This document shows positions 62,532 through 64,000 of a DNA stretch of 64,000 bases, piece by piece. The notes beneath the pieces are model-generated. The model had not been told where the DNA came from. It did no database searches and worked only from the letters and a program-made list of their open reading frames with translations. Made by a program: the position numbers and the translations under genes. The stretch is taken from assembly GCA_002418285.1 (NCBI GenBank), contig DIDT01000045.1, positions 41,250 through 105,249 on the forward strand. Reading direction: 5' to 3'. The DNA comes from Phycisphaerales bacterium UBA5793 (lineage in GTDB: Bacteria > Planctomycetota > Phycisphaerae > Phycisphaerales > UBA5793). The stretch's first letter is position 1. Every line of letters starts with the position of its first letter.

Positions 62532-63767
62532 TCAACTCTGCGGCGCGTAGAAGCGCGAGCCAATGAGGCGGACTTTCTCGTTGCTGCTGCGAGTCTTGGG
62601 GAGCATCGGCTGGGCGAAGTAGACGATGCCGCCCAAGGCGATATTCATCGCCAGCATCCACCACCACTGCGTCAGGCCCATGTAAACAAGCACTGACGTA
62701 CCGACGAGCAGGACCGCTGAGAGTGGAATGAGCATCCGCCACGCGAGGTTCATGAGCTGGTCATAGCGGAATCGCGGCAGGGTCCAGCGAATGACGATCA
62801 TGAACGTGATGAGCAGGCCGACCTTGATGGCGAAGGCGATGATCTTGATGAGCACTGCGATCACGCCGCCGGCGGCGGGTTGAGGCACGAACGGGAAGAG
62901 GTGCCAGCCGCCGAGAAAGAGAATCGTGAAGATGGCGCTGCTGGTGATCATGTGGCCGTATTCGGCGAAGAAGAACAGGGCCCACTTCATGGCGGAGTAT
63001 TCGGTGTGGTAGCCGCCGACGAGTTCCTGCTCTGCTTCGGCGAGGTCGAAGGGCGAGCGATTTGCCTCGGCGAGCATGGCGGTAAAACAGATAACCGCTG
63101 CGAGCGGTTGGGCGATGAGGAACCACGCGCCGGCCGTCTGCGATTCGACAATCGCGTCGGGTCGCAGCGAACCGGAACAAAGCAGGACGATGAGGATCGC
63201 CACACCCAGCGGAATCTCATAACTGATCATCTGGGCGCCAGCGCGGAGGCCGCCGAGGAAGGCGTACTTGCTGTTGGACGCCCAGCCGCCGAGGACCACG
63301 CCGTAGACGCCGATGCTCGCCGTAGCGATGACGTAGACGATTCCGACGCTGACGCTGCCCGCCGCGGCGACGTGGACGCGCGCCGGCTCGACGACGGCAC
63401 CGCCGATGATCGGAATCCAATTCCACAGCGTCATCCCCGGGAAGTTCCAGTCTCCGCCCCAGGGTACGATCGCCCAGCCGATCAAAGCCGGGATGATGAT
63501 GAATGCCGGCGCGAGGATGAACAGGCGCTTGTCCACCTGCTGCGGGTTGTAGTCTTCCTTGAAGAAGAGCTTCAGGCCGTCGGCCAGCGGCTGAAAGAGC
63601 CCAGCGGGACCGACGCGATTGGGACCGATGCGATCCTGGATGAACGAGACGACCTTGCGCTCCCAGAGGATAAGCCATGCGACAACGCCCAGCACGGCTC
63701 CGAAGACGACGAAGCTGACGACGACGCTGACGAGCACTTGAGCGGGAATCGAATCGATGTGCGGCAT
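62532..63767 (-). CDS. nuoH: NADH-quinone oxidoreductase subunit H
   Basis: ERKVVSFIQDRIGPNRVGPAGLFQPLADGLKLFFKEDYNP..., AEANRSPFDLAEAEQELVGGYHTEYSAMKWALFFFAEY, and an 8-TM pattern. The start is set at ATG 63765-63767. Confidence 0.9.
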   Translation of the reverse strand: MPHIDSIPAQVLVSVVVSFVVFGAVLGVVAWLILWERKVVSFIQDRIGPNRVGPAGLFQPLADGLKLFFKEDYNPQQVDKRLFILAPAFIIIPALIGWAIVPWGGDWNFPGMTLWNWIPIIGGAVVEPARVHVAAAGSVSVGIVYVIATASIGVYGVVLGGWASNSKYAFLGGLRAGAQMISYEIPLGVAILIVLLCSGSLRPDAIVESQTAGAWFLIAQPLAAVICFTAMLAEANRSPFDLAEAEQELVGGYHTEYSAMKWALFFFAEYGHMITSSAIFTILFLGGWHLFPFVPQPAAGGVIAVLIKIIAFAIKVGLLITFMIVIRWTLPRFRYDQLMNLAWRMLIPLSAVLLVGTSVLVYMGLTQWWWMLAMNIALGGIVYFAQPMLPKTRSSNEKVRLIGSRFYAPQS

Positions 63768-63847
63768 GACGGATGCAATCCTAACCGGCGGTCGGCCCCG
63801 CTCCACCGCCCGCCGACCGATGCGGGAAACGACCGGGTGTGGCCCCT

Positions 63848-64000
63848 ACTGCAGTCGCCGCTCGACCATGGCGGCGATCGCCTTGACCTTTTCCGCCTGC
63901 GACGCGTGTACGACCAGCGTGGCGTCGGCGGTGCGAACGATGATGAGATCCTCGCAGCCGACTACGGCGATCGTGTGGGTCGGATCGTCGGCGATGGCGG
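63848..64000 (-). CDS. 3' end of an NTP-transferase gene, probably mannose-1-phosphate guanylyltransferase (partial, runs off the window)
   Basis: The minus-strand translation ...AIADDPTHTIAVVGCEDLIIVRTADATLVVHASQAEKVKAIAAMVERRLQ* resembles the C-terminus of short ManC-type enzymes (..VG..DL.VV.T.DA.LV.....Q.VK). Confidence 0.45.

Overview
High-GC bacterial chromosomal window. The gene content resembles Planctomycetota: ECF sigma / Ser-Thr kinase pairs, secreted FG-GAP and HAF propeller proteins, and zinc-ribbon membrane proteins. This taxon call is inference. Housekeeping or conserved genes: a NarH/NxrB-like Fe-S subunit with its TorD-type chaperone, a ClC channel, ilvE, a UvrD-family helicase, a B12-binding radical SAM protein, nuoH, and a BlaI/BlaR1-like pair. 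A heavy-metal RND efflux operon is also present, interleaved with accessory material. The most interesting block is 4.7-13.2 kb. It holds a minus-strand operon of an IS-truncated ORF, hsdS, an ABC-type ATPase and an HNH nuclease, all chained by overlapping stop/start codons. It is bounded by an IS3-family element (11899..13165) that has perfect 12-bp inverted repeats and no target-site duplication. The IS truncates genes on both of its flanks, which suggests an IS-associated deletion that may have removed hsdM/hsdR. Second: the RND metal-efflux operon (24.2-31.5 kb) carries three copies of a 71-residue module with 8 Cys and 3 His, two in a dedicated lipoprotein and one fused to the adaptor subunit. 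I cannot assign this module to a named domain. Third: secreted beta-propeller proteins with different repeat types share a Cys-containing C-terminal domain of about 100 aa. Two adjacent genes share it at about 96% nucleotide identity over 234 bp. Other items: 10-bp phased GGCTTGTCTG-type repeat arrays in two intergenic regions, remnants of a RAYT/IS200-like gene and of a DUF2924-type integrative element, and an unlisted 45-aa entericidin-like lipoprotein gene. No rRNA, tRNA or CRISPR array was recognised. All calls come from reading the sequence and the ORF translations. No database search was run.
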